This document shows, piece after piece, positions 1 through 9,942 of a DNA stretch of 64,000 nt (the first letter of the stretch is position 1; each line of letters opens with the position of its first letter). The position numbers were made by a program, and so were the translations under genes. The DNA is taken from the IMG/VR virus record IMGVR_UViG_3300032608_000348; one strand, 5' to 3'. The notes under the pieces are model-generated. The model was given only the letters and a program-made list of their open reading frames with translations. It ran no database searches and was not told the DNA's origin. Origin of the DNA: an uncultured virus (IMG/VR IMGVR_UViG_3300032608_000348) (taxonomy: Duplodnaviria > Heunggongvirae > Uroviricota > Caudoviricetes).

Positions 1-26
1 GTCCTTGCCTATGCAATGCTGCCTCC

Positions 27-452
27 GTGGCCTCCGTAGTAAGAGAACAAATGCACTGGTGCAACTACTTTGGTCTAGCTGGTATAGCATTGGTGGCGCG
101 ACTGCCAATTGCGCCGCATCATCAATCCACCCCGTTCGTGGTAGGCGTGGCACTGCATTTGTTATGTGATTTTGTGTTGCAGACATCTTGGATGTCAACC
201 GCCAGAATGAGTGACAAGCGAGTGTTGTTGCTACACAGCGCGGTCGCAGGATTTATCCCACTAGCCGCCGTGGGAATGGTAGGTGGCAATCCTGGGATAG
301 CGCTGGCGGGTGGACTGATGGGATTCTTGACGCATCTAGTGATTGACGGACTGAACAAGTTTGGCTTGTCATTCGTGCTTGGCCTGGCAGTTGACCAGGT
401 TTTGCATATAGCTGTGATTGGGACCGTTGCGGTTATGGTGGTGCTAGCATAG
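27..452 (+). CDS. DUF3307-like membrane protein
   Basis: Hydrophobic helices with HLLCDFVLQ...LLHS...THLVID histidine pattern. Confidence 0.7.
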   Translation: MASVVREQMHWCNYFGLAGIALVARLPIAPHHQSTPFVVGVALHLLCDFVLQTSWMSTARMSDKRVLLLHSAVAGFIPLAAVGMVGGNPGIALAGGLMGFLTHLVIDGLNKFGLSFVLGLAVDQVLHIAVIGTVAVMVVLA

Positions 453-473
453 GACTGTGTAGTATCATACTAC

Positions 474-510
474 AAACCATAGGCTGTGTCTTAGACATAG
501 CCTATGGTTT
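474..510. terminator. Bidirectional intrinsic terminator
   Basis: AAACCATAGGCTGTGTC-TTA-GACATAGCCTATGGTTT hairpin between convergent genes. Confidence 0.75.
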
Positions 511-521
511 TCTTGTTGCAG

Positions 522-743
522 CTAGTCCTCTGTTTCCTCTTTCCCCGCAAGCACAACAAAATCAATCATATCCAACTTCTGCATTTTCCCCACAGGGCCA
601 GCCTTAACTGCGCGGCGTCCGTGCAGCACGATCTGAACCACGCCGTATCCCGTGGTATGCTCATCAAGGTATAGCATCAGTGGTCCGTACCGATTCAGCC
701 AGTCTAGCAATTGTCCAACTGGAATATCTTCTTTCTGCATCAT
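522..743 (-). CDS. Hypothetical protein
   Basis: ORF MMQKEDIP... preceded by AAGGAG. Confidence 0.5.
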   Translation of the reverse strand: MMQKEDIPVGQLLDWLNRYGPLMLYLDEHTTGYGVVQIVLHGRRAVKAGPVGKMQKLDMIDFVVLAGKEETED

Positions 744-917
744 TTCATCTCCTTTACGGGTAGAACTACCTATTTTCCCAAAACTTCTTGAACACCACCA
801 TATAGGGGGGGGGGATGAACTATCTACCCCCACAGGTAGGGGATGCTCCTCTTTTCTATCCTGCGCGTTTTACACGGCGGCGTGTGAATTGCAGGAATTA
901 GGGCAAAAACGCCCCCT

Positions 918-1667
918 CTATTTTGGGCTGCTGTACGTTAGTTTGTACGTCGCCTGTTTCACACCAGCCAGCTTGTGTTTCATCAGGGCATAGTTGGCAC
1001 GCACTTCTGGATTGCGCAATCCCCCGTTGTAATGTGACCTGTCGTGATTTTGATGCACCACTGTCAGTATATCAGTGGCATCAATGACAGGAAAGCCCTG
1101 TGCCAGGGCATCAGCAACCAGCCAATTGTCCCACGCCAATCGCCCCCACGCAAATGGAGGAATGCTCTTCCACAAGCCCCTGGGAAAAGCAAAGTAATCT
1201 ATTCCCCATTCTCCGTGTTGTTGCCCTTCCCGTGCTACCTGGAGGCGCAGTTTGGTTTCCCAATGCTCATCATCAAAATTGATGGGGTCCTGAATGTCAA
1301 TGTCCCATCGCCGTCCTATCATTAGGAGATTAGGCGTTCCTACTAGCTGTTTGGTCACTTCTAGGGTTTTGACAAAATCCCCAAGCAGCACAATGTCAGT
1401 GTTAACACAAAGCATCTGGTCATGCTCTGCTATAGCCTGTGCTTGCTTGAACACATCGCTGACCAGGGGAGTTCCACAGAAATTTCGCTCCACTTCTGGC
1501 ACAGATACCGCGCCAAGTAAGGCACAGTGCGCCGCGGTGCCCGCTTCACCCCCGAACAGAATAATCTCTGGGCGCGGATTCAGCAGCGTCCAGCTCTTGA
1601 GCGCGTTCCACTGGATAGTTTTTATGTGCCCTTCCCAGGGCTTAGGTAAAGAAAACAAGGTTATCAT
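918..1667 (-). CDS. GT-A fold glycosyltransferase-like protein
   Basis: ITLFSLPKP N-terminus, VNTDI motif, GRRWD, IDYFAF, WDNWL, HQNHD. Confidence 0.65.
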   Translation of the reverse strand: MITLFSLPKPWEGHIKTIQWNALKSWTLLNPRPEIILFGGEAGTAAHCALLGAVSVPEVERNFCGTPLVSDVFKQAQAIAEHDQMLCVNTDIVLLGDFVKTLEVTKQLVGTPNLLMIGRRWDIDIQDPINFDDEHWETKLRLQVAREGQQHGEWGIDYFAFPRGLWKSIPPFAWGRLAWDNWLVADALAQGFPVIDATDILTVVHQNHDRSHYNGGLRNPEVRANYALMKHKLAGVKQATYKLTYSSPK

Positions 1668-1669
1668 AG

Positions 1670-4270
1670 TCAAGTCCTCCAAGCCACGATTTTAACGCCA
1701 TCCTCAAAGTCAAGTTCTGTCTGGTGCTCATTGATGTACACCATCAACGGGACCACCTCTTTGAACCCAAAGAATGAACCACCTTTCCAATAAGATGAGT
1801 ATGAATCCGGAATGTTTGCCACTAGGTCGATTTGTGGGCGCACGACTTCATTGAAAAAAGGCAAAAGGTTTTCTTCTGTTAATTCATCAGGACTATACCA
1901 CAGGTCATCAATGACCACCAAGCTGTTTGGGGGCAACAATGGGATAGTATAATCTAAAAGCTGCTTCATCACATCATCGCCGTGAACGTCAATGTACAAC
2001 AATACGGCATCATCAGCATCCCACAATTCAGCATAATTTACCTGTCTGGCATCTTGGTGCAACGCCCCTACCCGCGACATGTCCTCTGGTAGAAATGCGA
2101 GCGATTTTTCCAGTGCGCCAAAATCCCAATCTACAGATACCACGAACACATCACTGGCATGCAACCAGGCCCGCAGAGATAGACCCGTGGATGTTCCCAA
2201 CTCTATTATCTTGGTTGGTTTGTATTGATGCACCAGGGCGGTGAGCGCCATCAAGGATTCAGGCGTTTGGTCATGGAAATCCTCACGTTTCATTGCCGTG
2301 CCAAAAACATCAATCCAGTGCGCAAACATCTTGCGTCGCTTATCATTGTCACTCAGATACCAAATATTGGGAGCAAGTTCAGTTTCAGTGCATCCTGCCA
2401 TGCCCCAGTCTGGCGTGGAGACATGGGGCAAGCCAACCTTATAGTTCCAATTTGTTCGACCCTTGTTCGTGTGCTCCTGGTCACGCAGCTTGCAAAAGAG
2501 GCATGGGTGATCGGCCTTGAATACGCTGCCCAAGAACCTAAAACCAGCGCATCCCATTGATATAGCATTTAACAGAATGCGCCCATCAGGCCCCGCATCA
2601 CTAAAACCAATGTGCTCGTCGTACCCCAGATCGGGCAGGCTTTCTTTGTTGAATAGCGTAAAGTCACCGGCTGCCTCTGTGATTCTGAGGCCGAACCAGG
2701 AATCGTGCAAGCGGACCACGCGCTGAAACATTTCGGGAAATGGAAGCATAAAGCAATCAGGTGCTACATCCCTTCTTTCAGCACGGTATATGAGTAAGGG
2801 GTCAAGTCCCTCAGATATTTCTGCCAATACCTTGGGACCAAACACACAGTCAGGATTGGTGACCAATACCCAGGGATTGCTGGCACGGCGAATGCCCACG
2901 TTCTTGGCAAAGAACTGTAGGAATTCCATTTGTGGGGATGAGCAAACAGCATCGTGAATATCTGGGTCAATGACGTAACACTTGAATCCTTTATCCGCTA
3001 ACGTGTAGGACAAATAATCTTCATTGGGGGGATTCCACTCTATGAAAATCCATTCAGCCTCAATCCCTGCTTTCTCAAGTTCTATGCGATTGCGCTTAAA
3101 TGCTGCCAAGCAGCGCCCCGCAAAATCACCAGCGTAATCATCGTTTCTGCCACTGACCACGATAGAGATTTTGGGCTTGTCATCTTTCTGGGTCAATGAA
3201 ACTGGGACAGAATATGTGCGTTGGCGCTTGGGTTGCTGCATCAGCGCATCATATAAAATATTCATCTTGGGCGCGGCATTGGCAGCACCAAAGGTTTGCC
3301 AAGCGTAAACAGCGGCGTTGTCTCCTAGCCTGCGTCGTTCCTCTGGATTGTGATACAAGTATTGGATAGCCCGCTGATATTCTGTTGGGCTATGCACCAC
3401 TAATCCTGTGTACTCGTTCACCACCAGATGTCCTATGCCACCAGTAGGGAACACCACGGGTGGGACGCCAGCATACATAGCCTCCTGTATCACCAGTTCT
3501 GAGCCAGCATACCCCGCAGACTCAGGGCTGGAGGGATACCCAAATACGTCAAAATCTTGCAGATATTTCCCCACGTCACTGACGTACCCTGCAAAGAGAA
3601 ACCTTGCATCGGCTTGGGCTTGTGACACTTGCTGTGCCAACCTAGGAGCATTTGCTCCCCCCCCACACAGCGTAAAACGGATATTGGGGATATTGAGACC
3701 CACGCTCATTCTCACAAAATCAGGGTGTAACTTTGTGAGACTGCCTACATAGCCCACATTGAATCCTGCGTGTTGTCGCGGGCGCACTCCCTCCAGAAAC
3801 TCTAGGTCTGCCGCGCCGTACACCATTGCCAATTTCTGTCCAGCGCTGGATAGATTTGGCAACACTTTCTCATAAGTGTAGGCATTACAGGCCACCGCCA
3901 TGTCAGCATGGTCTATTAGTTCAGACGTAATGACATGCGGCGGGGCATCACCAGCGGTATGAAACCAGATGAGCAATCGCATCGGGGGCCAATCTGATTG
4001 CAAGAACTGGTCAATTATGGCATCTTTCCACCAGTGAAGATGAACGATGTCGCTGGCGCTAATTCTTTCAGACAGGTTGCTGCTGTCAAAGAGAGGCAGC
4101 CTAGCCTCAAACGCCAGATAGCCATTGGTAGAGTCGCGGTTGAGGGGCAATAGATTAACGGCTTCGTGTTGATAATCACCCAGCCGTGATGAATATTTTG
4201 CTATGGCTATCATGGCCCGCGCCGCCCCGCCCTGGGGTGAAATGTCACGAAAGATATGCAGTATTTTCAT
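1670..4270 (-). CDS. Three-domain fusion: GT4 glycosyltransferase + GT2-like domain + class I SAM methyltransferase
   Basis: GGAAR and EAMYAGVPPV (GT-B); SIVVSGRND, IEWNPP, KNVGIRRA (GT-A); IELGTSTGLS, YIDVHG, VIDD (Methyltransf_24-like). Confidence 0.8.
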   Translation of the reverse strand: MKILHIFRDISPQGGAARAMIAIAKYSSRLGDYQHEAVNLLPLNRDSTNGYLAFEARLPLFDSSNLSERISASDIVHLHWWKDAIIDQFLQSDWPPMRLLIWFHTAGDAPPHVITSELIDHADMAVACNAYTYEKVLPNLSSAGQKLAMVYGAADLEFLEGVRPRQHAGFNVGYVGSLTKLHPDFVRMSVGLNIPNIRFTLCGGGANAPRLAQQVSQAQADARFLFAGYVSDVGKYLQDFDVFGYPSSPESAGYAGSELVIQEAMYAGVPPVVFPTGGIGHLVVNEYTGLVVHSPTEYQRAIQYLYHNPEERRRLGDNAAVYAWQTFGAANAAPKMNILYDALMQQPKRQRTYSVPVSLTQKDDKPKISIVVSGRNDDYAGDFAGRCLAAFKRNRIELEKAGIEAEWIFIEWNPPNEDYLSYTLADKGFKCYVIDPDIHDAVCSSPQMEFLQFFAKNVGIRRASNPWVLVTNPDCVFGPKVLAEISEGLDPLLIYRAERRDVAPDCFMLPFPEMFQRVVRLHDSWFGLRITEAAGDFTLFNKESLPDLGYDEHIGFSDAGPDGRILLNAISMGCAGFRFLGSVFKADHPCLFCKLRDQEHTNKGRTNWNYKVGLPHVSTPDWGMAGCTETELAPNIWYLSDNDKRRKMFAHWIDVFGTAMKREDFHDQTPESLMALTALVHQYKPTKIIELGTSTGLSLRAWLHASDVFVVSVDWDFGALEKSLAFLPEDMSRVGALHQDARQVNYAELWDADDAVLLYIDVHGDDVMKQLLDYTIPLLPPNSLVVIDDLWYSPDELTEENLLPFFNEVVRPQIDLVANIPDSYSSYWKGGSFFGFKEVVPLMVYINEHQTELDFEDGVKIVAWRT

Positions 4271-5352
4271 GCTAGATACTCCTTAATAATCTGGTGTAAC
4301 TGTTGTGCACGCTTCTCCATAGAATGATCCCGTAAGCAACGCATCTGCCCTTGGAGTGCAATCGCCTCGCGTATATCAGGATGGTCTTTGTAGTACATCA
4401 GCTTGGCAGTCAGTTCCAGGGTGCTGCCAAAGGTCTCAATTTCCCGCCCTATCTCAAACATCTCTCCCAGATTGCTGTGTTTCTCAGCAAGCAGAAACGC
4501 GCCGCTTCCAGTAGCCTCAAACAGCCGAGCGTTGTTAGTTTCTGTTCCCGCCAGGTCTTTTTTCCCCACGCCAATATCGCCCCGTGCATCTATCGTTATT
4601 GCGCCGGAGCGCAGCGCCCGATACATTGACACCCCGAATCGTGGCCCTTGATTGTATCTTGCAACCACTGATGGTAGTGGAGAACCCAGAAGATAGAAAG
4701 CACAAGTCCGGGCTGGTTGCGCACGGGTATGTTCAGCGATGGTTTTCAGATATGCATTGCGCTTAGTGTGTGCTGCCGACCACTGACCAGCAAAAGATAC
4801 ATCATAGACAGGATGGGCACGACAAGCATTGCTCATCCACGCAGGAAACCCGGGCAGGAAATGGACCGCTTTCTTTGCGCCATGTTCTATGGCCACGTCA
4901 CGCACGCCCCGCAGCCCAGACAGGATAATATCAAATGCAGACCAAACAATGTCTGGGGGCATGTTGGAAGCCAGCCATCCTATGACAGCCCTGGGTCGCC
5001 ATTTGAGTGCCCTGATGAAGTGACTGTCGTATGTTATAGGATCGCCAATATACAATACATCTGGTCTGAATATCTCAACTTGGCGCTTGACTATCATTCT
5101 TTCTGAAACAATCTCTGAAGTGATGCCCATTTCTCTGAGCCATTGATGTTGGGACCACGAGCAGTTAGCAATGACCAACGCAGGGACATAGCCGTGTCGT
5201 TGCATATAGGGCGCAATCAAATGCGTGCCCGTGAATCCATGTTTCAGTATGGCCTGTGTCTGCGTGCTGAAAGATGAATGCTTGAGCGTGGCATCTCTGT
5301 AGATGTCTCGGATTGCGGCGTCGTAGAATGTGTGGATTTGCAAGAATTTCAT
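4267..5352 (-). CDS. CgeB/DUF3880-type glycosyltransferase
   Basis: YDVSFAG, NARLFEATGSGAFLL, FEIGREI motifs. Confidence 0.8.
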   Translation of the reverse strand: MKFLQIHTFYDAAIRDIYRDATLKHSSFSTQTQAILKHGFTGTHLIAPYMQRHGYVPALVIANCSWSQHQWLREMGITSEIVSERMIVKRQVEIFRPDVLYIGDPITYDSHFIRALKWRPRAVIGWLASNMPPDIVWSAFDIILSGLRGVRDVAIEHGAKKAVHFLPGFPAWMSNACRAHPVYDVSFAGQWSAAHTKRNAYLKTIAEHTRAQPARTCAFYLLGSPLPSVVARYNQGPRFGVSMYRALRSGAITIDARGDIGVGKKDLAGTETNNARLFEATGSGAFLLAEKHSNLGEMFEIGREIETFGSTLELTAKLMYYKDHPDIREAIALQGQMRCLRDHSMEKRAQQLHQIIKEYLA

Positions 5353-6089
5353 TGCGTCACCCACAAGTCCTCCATCCCCACATGCTCAAAGCGATAGTAG
5401 CCAAATTGATTCAGCAACTTGATGATCTTCCCAGGACCATACCCGAACTGCGAGGTATTTCTTGCATTGAATTCAATCAGAATATCTGGGTGTTGAGCCA
5501 TAAAGAACTCCTCACCACCCTTCAATACAAACAGTTCGCAGCCCTCAGTGTCAATCTTAACAATGTCAAATTGGTCTGTAGGATGAAGCAACGTATCCAA
5601 TCGTCGCACTTCTACTTCTACCCCCCGCCACTTGCTGAATCGAGTAGGAGTGTCGCCAAAGCAAGCTACCCCAGAGTTCCAGCGATGCGTGGGGACCTTG
5701 AGATTGTCTGGCCCATCCCCGCCGCCGATGGCAAAATCTGAAGCATACACCTTTCCTCCCAGGTTGTTGAGTTCAATGTTTTTCATCAGGATGCTGTATG
5801 GTGCTGGCGACGGTTCATAGGCCAATACTTGGGCGTTAGGGTGGAATTTTGCCAGCAAACAAAAAAGGCCTGTGCTGGCTCCTATGTCCAGGAAGCGTAC
5901 ACGTTTCCGTGTAAGCATCTTTTCATAGAAAAAGCGAACGCTGCCCTCAACGTCGTGCGCCTTCCCCTCCCTGCTCCAGGCCCCGCCGACCTCAAATGTC
6001 TGCGGGTCTAGTTCTAACTCTAAATCATCAAATAAAACCGTCTTAGCCAACGTACCTGACCCCCTCACAGAGTTGGATTTCTTGCTCAT
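5349..6089 (-). CDS. FkbM family methyltransferase
   Basis: FLDIGASTG, AYEP, VKIDTEGCE. Confidence 0.9.
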   Translation of the reverse strand: MSKKSNSVRGSGTLAKTVLFDDLELELDPQTFEVGGAWSREGKAHDVEGSVRFFYEKMLTRKRVRFLDIGASTGLFCLLAKFHPNAQVLAYEPSPAPYSILMKNIELNNLGGKVYASDFAIGGGDGPDNLKVPTHRWNSGVACFGDTPTRFSKWRGVEVEVRRLDTLLHPTDQFDIVKIDTEGCELFVLKGGEEFFMAQHPDILIEFNARNTSQFGYGPGKIIKLLNQFGYYRFEHVGMEDLWVTQ

Positions 6090-6927
6090 CTATCAGTCCC
6101 CAGTTGTCTGGATTTTCATATACGGCGGGTCCAGCGCATGTGCGTCGGGCACTATCCCATCCTGTCTTGCCCTTGCGCGCTATTTCCCCCTCTCCCTGCT
6201 GCATCTGATGAGCACCAGTGAGCGCATGATCGGCCTTGAAAACCGTTCCGATGAATTGGAAAACGCGCTGGTTATGAGTAAACCCATTGCTGCGTACAGC
6301 AGACCAATTGATGCAGAAGCGCGAATCCAGATGTAGCACCGTATCGTTGATAGCCTCATCGAGGCCCATCGCACTTTCTCGCGCGAACAAGAGAAAATCA
6401 CCAGAGGCCATAGTGAAATGGTGTCCACCTTGTACATCATGGCGATGGACGATGTTCTTGCTCATCTCATCAAAGGAGGCTTTGAGCAGCAGTGTCCAAT
6501 CTACGTCACACCTCTCAGCGCGGTATAGTATCTCTGGGTTCAGATTCCCCGCAGCAATAAAATCCCACGCGCGGTCGTCAAAAACATCATCGGCGTTGGT
6601 GACGAGAATCCAGTCACCTGTTGCACGCCGTATTCCTACGTTTTTGGCGCGGTGTAGCAAAAAGGGCAGTTGGTCACGCATCCCTGGCGCAACCTCACGG
6701 CGATGAATTTCCGGACTGACTATCCAGCACTTCAATCCCATCTTGGCAAATTCATAGGATAGACAATCTTCACCGGGGGGGGGATTCCACTCTATGAAAA
6801 TATACTCTATTGCAATTCCTCTAGCGCGGACCTCTGCCTGATTGCGCATGATAGCCGCTGTTGCACGCTCGGCAAAATTGCCGCCGTAGTGCCTACCCCG
6901 TCCAGCAGTAACGATGGACAGTTTCAT
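6043..6927 (-). CDS. GT2-like glycosyltransferase; paralog of the middle domain of 1670..4270
   Basis: LSIV, IEWNPP, KNVGIRRA, VTNADD, YRAER, FKADH shared with that domain. Confidence 0.7.
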   Translation of the reverse strand: MKLSIVTAGRGRHYGGNFAERATAAIMRNQAEVRARGIAIEYIFIEWNPPPGEDCLSYEFAKMGLKCWIVSPEIHRREVAPGMRDQLPFLLHRAKNVGIRRATGDWILVTNADDVFDDRAWDFIAAGNLNPEILYRAERCDVDWTLLLKASFDEMSKNIVHRHDVQGGHHFTMASGDFLLFARESAMGLDEAINDTVLHLDSRFCINWSAVRSNGFTHNQRVFQFIGTVFKADHALTGAHQMQQGEGEIARKGKTGWDSARRTCAGPAVYENPDNWGLIDEQEIQLCEGVRYVG

Positions 6928-7946
6928 TCTCGTTTTATCTCCAGTGCTTGGTACAGTTGTGCAAGCGGGCGTTCTAAGAAGAATACTTGTACCTGTGCAT
7001 ATTGATACTCAATGATTTCTTGCTCTTTTCCCCTGATTTTTTTCAGCGTCCTTGCTACATCATCCCAGTTTTTAGGTTGCACCCAAGTATCTGGGTGACA
7101 AAGATGATTGGCGTATTTCTGCCCTCTGTCTGCCAACACGATTGCTCCCAGTGCTGCGGCTTCTGAAGCCGACTGTCCAATAGCAAGACCACCACGGTTG
7201 AGGATGAAGTATTTACTACCCCCCACGCGAGTGAGGTATTCCCGCGTAGAGATAGGCTTGCGATTGGCTACCGCCAAGTAGGAATTGGCATAGTCCCAAG
7301 GCTCGTTGTGCATTATGCCTATGCCTAGTCGTCGTTCCAGCTTGGCACAGAATCCTGTCACGTCCTTAACCCACCGTATACAGTGCGTGTCTAAATATGC
7401 TCTATTTTGCTTCTCGGTTGACACAACTCTCTCAAACACCTTGCGACTGGACAGGTAGGGAAAGTTCAATGATAATGGCAAGTGCGTGACTTCATTATCC
7501 GCGCTATACAGACCATGATTGAGAAACAGATCATACTTTCCGTAAGGCTTTTGTGTGGACTGAACAAAAGATGCCTTTGTGTGTTCTTGCTCATAGTAGC
7601 ACCACAGGATACGCGGGTGCTGAGCAATCAATTCATCGGGTGCAATCTGGTCCATGGTGATAATTACATCATAATCACTCCAAGGCACATCACTCCATTT
7701 CACGGCTTGCAGTTCGCGGTATAGAGCCGCTACCGCGCCTGGCGCTGAGCTTTGCAAATCTCTGTACGTATCTGAGATGTAGCTACCATCCTCTACAACC
7801 CAAATATCCGCTTGCGTTTCGCACACCATCCCAAAGTTCTGCGCCCTCATTACAAAATTGTCTAGCAGTGTCTCAGCATCTGTCCATCGCTGAGATGTCC
7901 AAGTGAATTCTGGAACGTATTGTTGTTTGATGATGCCTAGTTTCAT
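6924..7946 (-). CDS. Putative GT-B glycosyltransferase
   Basis: C-terminal SKYF...GQSASEAAALGAIVL; glycan cluster context. Confidence 0.5.
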   Translation of the reverse strand: MKLGIIKQQYVPEFTWTSQRWTDAETLLDNFVMRAQNFGMVCETQADIWVVEDGSYISDTYRDLQSSAPGAVAALYRELQAVKWSDVPWSDYDVIITMDQIAPDELIAQHPRILWCYYEQEHTKASFVQSTQKPYGKYDLFLNHGLYSADNEVTHLPLSLNFPYLSSRKVFERVVSTEKQNRAYLDTHCIRWVKDVTGFCAKLERRLGIGIMHNEPWDYANSYLAVANRKPISTREYLTRVGGSKYFILNRGGLAIGQSASEAAALGAIVLADRGQKYANHLCHPDTWVQPKNWDDVARTLKKIRGKEQEIIEYQYAQVQVFFLERPLAQLYQALEIKRE

Positions 7947-7959
7947 TGTCCCCCCGCTG

Positions 7960-8235
7960 CTATCCAGCGTGACTGTTACTATTCAGCAAGCTATCCCGAC
8001 AAGTTCCCTCCAATAAACCAGAAGACAGAATGTCTCTAAGCAGACTTTCTGTCGCTTTTGTGGCAGTGTCTGCGTAGACTTTGATGGAGTCTCCCGCCAT
8101 TCCCTCAACTGGCCCAGCAAGAAAAACCCACGCCTCCCATCCGTTCACGTCATATCCGATGCCAGGGAATAGACCGGTCTTGCATAGCTTCTCTAATATT
8201 CCACCCACCTTCTGCCAATCTTCTTTGTGTTCCAT
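7960..8235 (-). CDS. Hypothetical protein
   Basis: ORF MEHKEDWQ... after AAAGGAG. Confidence 0.45.
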   Translation of the reverse strand: MEHKEDWQKVGGILEKLCKTGLFPGIGYDVNGWEAWVFLAGPVEGMAGDSIKVYADTATKATESLLRDILSSGLLEGTCRDSLLNSNSHAG

Positions 8236-8251
8236 TGTCACTCCTTTCAGG

Positions 8252-8914
8252 CTACAGGCATTGTATCTTTTCCTTAAACTCACTGACCGTCAGCGGCGTC
8301 GCCCACCGTGACGCATATTTATCACAGAACAACAGCGTTTCATCAATCAAGTCCTGCGCTGATTCCCAAGGCAAGGATTCTCCTGATGACCTAGCCTTCA
8401 TTACTTTGGAATACTCAGGCCAGAGGAAATGATTTTTCCCGTTGTAAAGCACAAACTGTACCAATGTAGCATCCTTTATCAGAAATGAATTGTGTCTTGT
8501 GCCCAATTTTCTATACCCCTCTCTCCTGTTAGCCAAGCAGGCCTCAGCGGCATAGCCTGCGTAGACAAGATTTTCAAATCTGGATGGGTCTACATCGTTA
8601 CGTATTCCCACGCAAGGATTGCCACACCAAGGTTCTTCATGGTAGCCTTCCTTCACAAACATCTGGGGCGCAATAGGCAGACTTGATACCAACAGCGCCT
8701 GGCGTAGGTGGAGCTGTGATGGAATAGGCCAGCCACGGTTGTTAAAATACAAAGGAATCCTATGCTCATTGGCAACTTCTACAAGCTCCGCGATTTTTGA
8801 CCTTGATCGTTCCCAAGCAGCGCAAACTGGCCCCAGATCAAGAACCTGCTGGGATGAAAGCCCCCAAATATCCAGCAGAACTATGCAGGTGTTGTTCACA
8901 TTCATTACATTCAT
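8252..8914 (-). CDS. Isochorismatase/cysteine hydrolase-like protein
   Basis: VLLDIW, K, YAGYAAEAC, IKDAT pattern. Confidence 0.5.
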   Translation of the reverse strand: MNVMNVNNTCIVLLDIWGLSSQQVLDLGPVCAAWERSRSKIAELVEVANEHRIPLYFNNRGWPIPSQLHLRQALLVSSLPIAPQMFVKEGYHEEPWCGNPCVGIRNDVDPSRFENLVYAGYAAEACLANRREGYRKLGTRHNSFLIKDATLVQFVLYNGKNHFLWPEYSKVMKARSSGESLPWESAQDLIDETLLFCDKYASRWATPLTVSEFKEKIQCL

Positions 8915-8978
8915 AATCCCAACTGGTATCCCACCAGGTCTTCTACACGTTCACTGGGAGCAGGATAAAAGAGAGTGT

Positions 8979-9671
8979 TCATCTTAGAAAATCTCCATCG
9001 TGGCCATGCCACACTTGCCTAGACAACAGTTCAAGATTCTCCAATTTCTGTATGAACGTCATCCCAGTTCTGAACGGCTCTAGGCGCATATCGGGATGAA
9101 GCCGATGCCCTCTTTCCGATACGAATTGAAATATCTCGTACCGCCCAGTTTCCTCTATTTCCCCTATGAGATGTTGCAGCCCTGTAAATTGCGTTGTGTC
9201 ATGCAGCGCCCACACACTAGTGAGTACCTGCGTATTGTTCCAGTCCATTTTTGCTTGCGCATAATCGTGAGCGCCGTCAATGAATACGAGGTCAAATTTG
9301 TGTCCCTCTTCAACCAATCGCGGGAGCACGCCGTTGCTGCTGCCCTCTATGAATGTGATTTTGGGCGGATTCAAATTAGGCACTAGATGCAGATGGTTTT
9401 GCGCACTTTGTTGGTCTTGGTTTATATCTATGCTGACTACCTGAACATCTGAACGAAAAAGGGATGCTGTATGGGCCAGCACCAAAGTCCCCAATCCGCT
9501 CAGTGTGCCAATTTCCAAGATGGCGCGTGGCTTGAGATTGGCTACTAGACCAATGAGTAGCAAATAATCCTCAAAGAAACAGCCCCCCCAGCTAAAGTCA
9601 GCTTCCTTGAGAAAGGAAAAGTCAAGATTGAGGTTGTTTATGGTTTTGTCGCTATACGCTATCAATGTCAT
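8979..9671 (-). CDS. Class I SAM methyltransferase (Methyltransf_24)
   Basis: LEIGTLSG, FDLVFIDGAHDY, LHD. Confidence 0.85.
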   Translation of the reverse strand: MTLIAYSDKTINNLNLDFSFLKEADFSWGGCFFEDYLLLIGLVANLKPRAILEIGTLSGLGTLVLAHTASLFRSDVQVVSIDINQDQQSAQNHLHLVPNLNPPKITFIEGSSNGVLPRLVEEGHKFDLVFIDGAHDYAQAKMDWNNTQVLTSVWALHDTTQFTGLQHLIGEIEETGRYEIFQFVSERGHRLHPDMRLEPFRTGMTFIQKLENLELLSRQVWHGHDGDFLR

Positions 9672-9942
9672 TGTTTTCCTTTAGCCAATCAAGAGGAGGA
9701 CCATACCAACAAGCATCCCCATCATCGTGACGTACCCAACCCTGACTTAAGCGGTATTCTACGGTTTCAGCAAGACTTGGCGGAGAAATAGGATAATGTT
9801 CATCCTCATAGGCTACCACAAGTGTCACTAGCACTTCCAACCGATCACCTTCAGGCGTATCAGGCGAGGCATCAAAAAGGCGGGCTATCTCTTCTAGCGC
9901 GGATTGGTGGTCTTCACTGGTCTTGATGGGCTTAACATCCAT
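9652..9942 (-). CDS. HigA antitoxin N-terminal-like protein lacking the HTH domain
   Basis: KPIKTSEDH..AL.EI..LFDA...TPEGDRLEVLVTLV.AYE..HYPI. Confidence 0.65.
   Translation of the reverse strand: MDVKPIKTSEDHQSALEEIARLFDASPDTPEGDRLEVLVTLVVAYEDEHYPISPPSLAETVEYRLSQGWVRHDDGDACWYGPPLDWLKENNDIDSV

Noticed and set aside
805..6783. G10 (805-814) and G9 (6775-6783) runs as phase-variation tracts
   Set aside because: One is probably intergenic and the other encodes an in-frame Pro run; a single sequence gives no evidence of switching.
7955..7975. Possible twelfth copy of the AGCGCT palindrome (CTATCCAGCG)
   Set aside because: Only a half-site matches.
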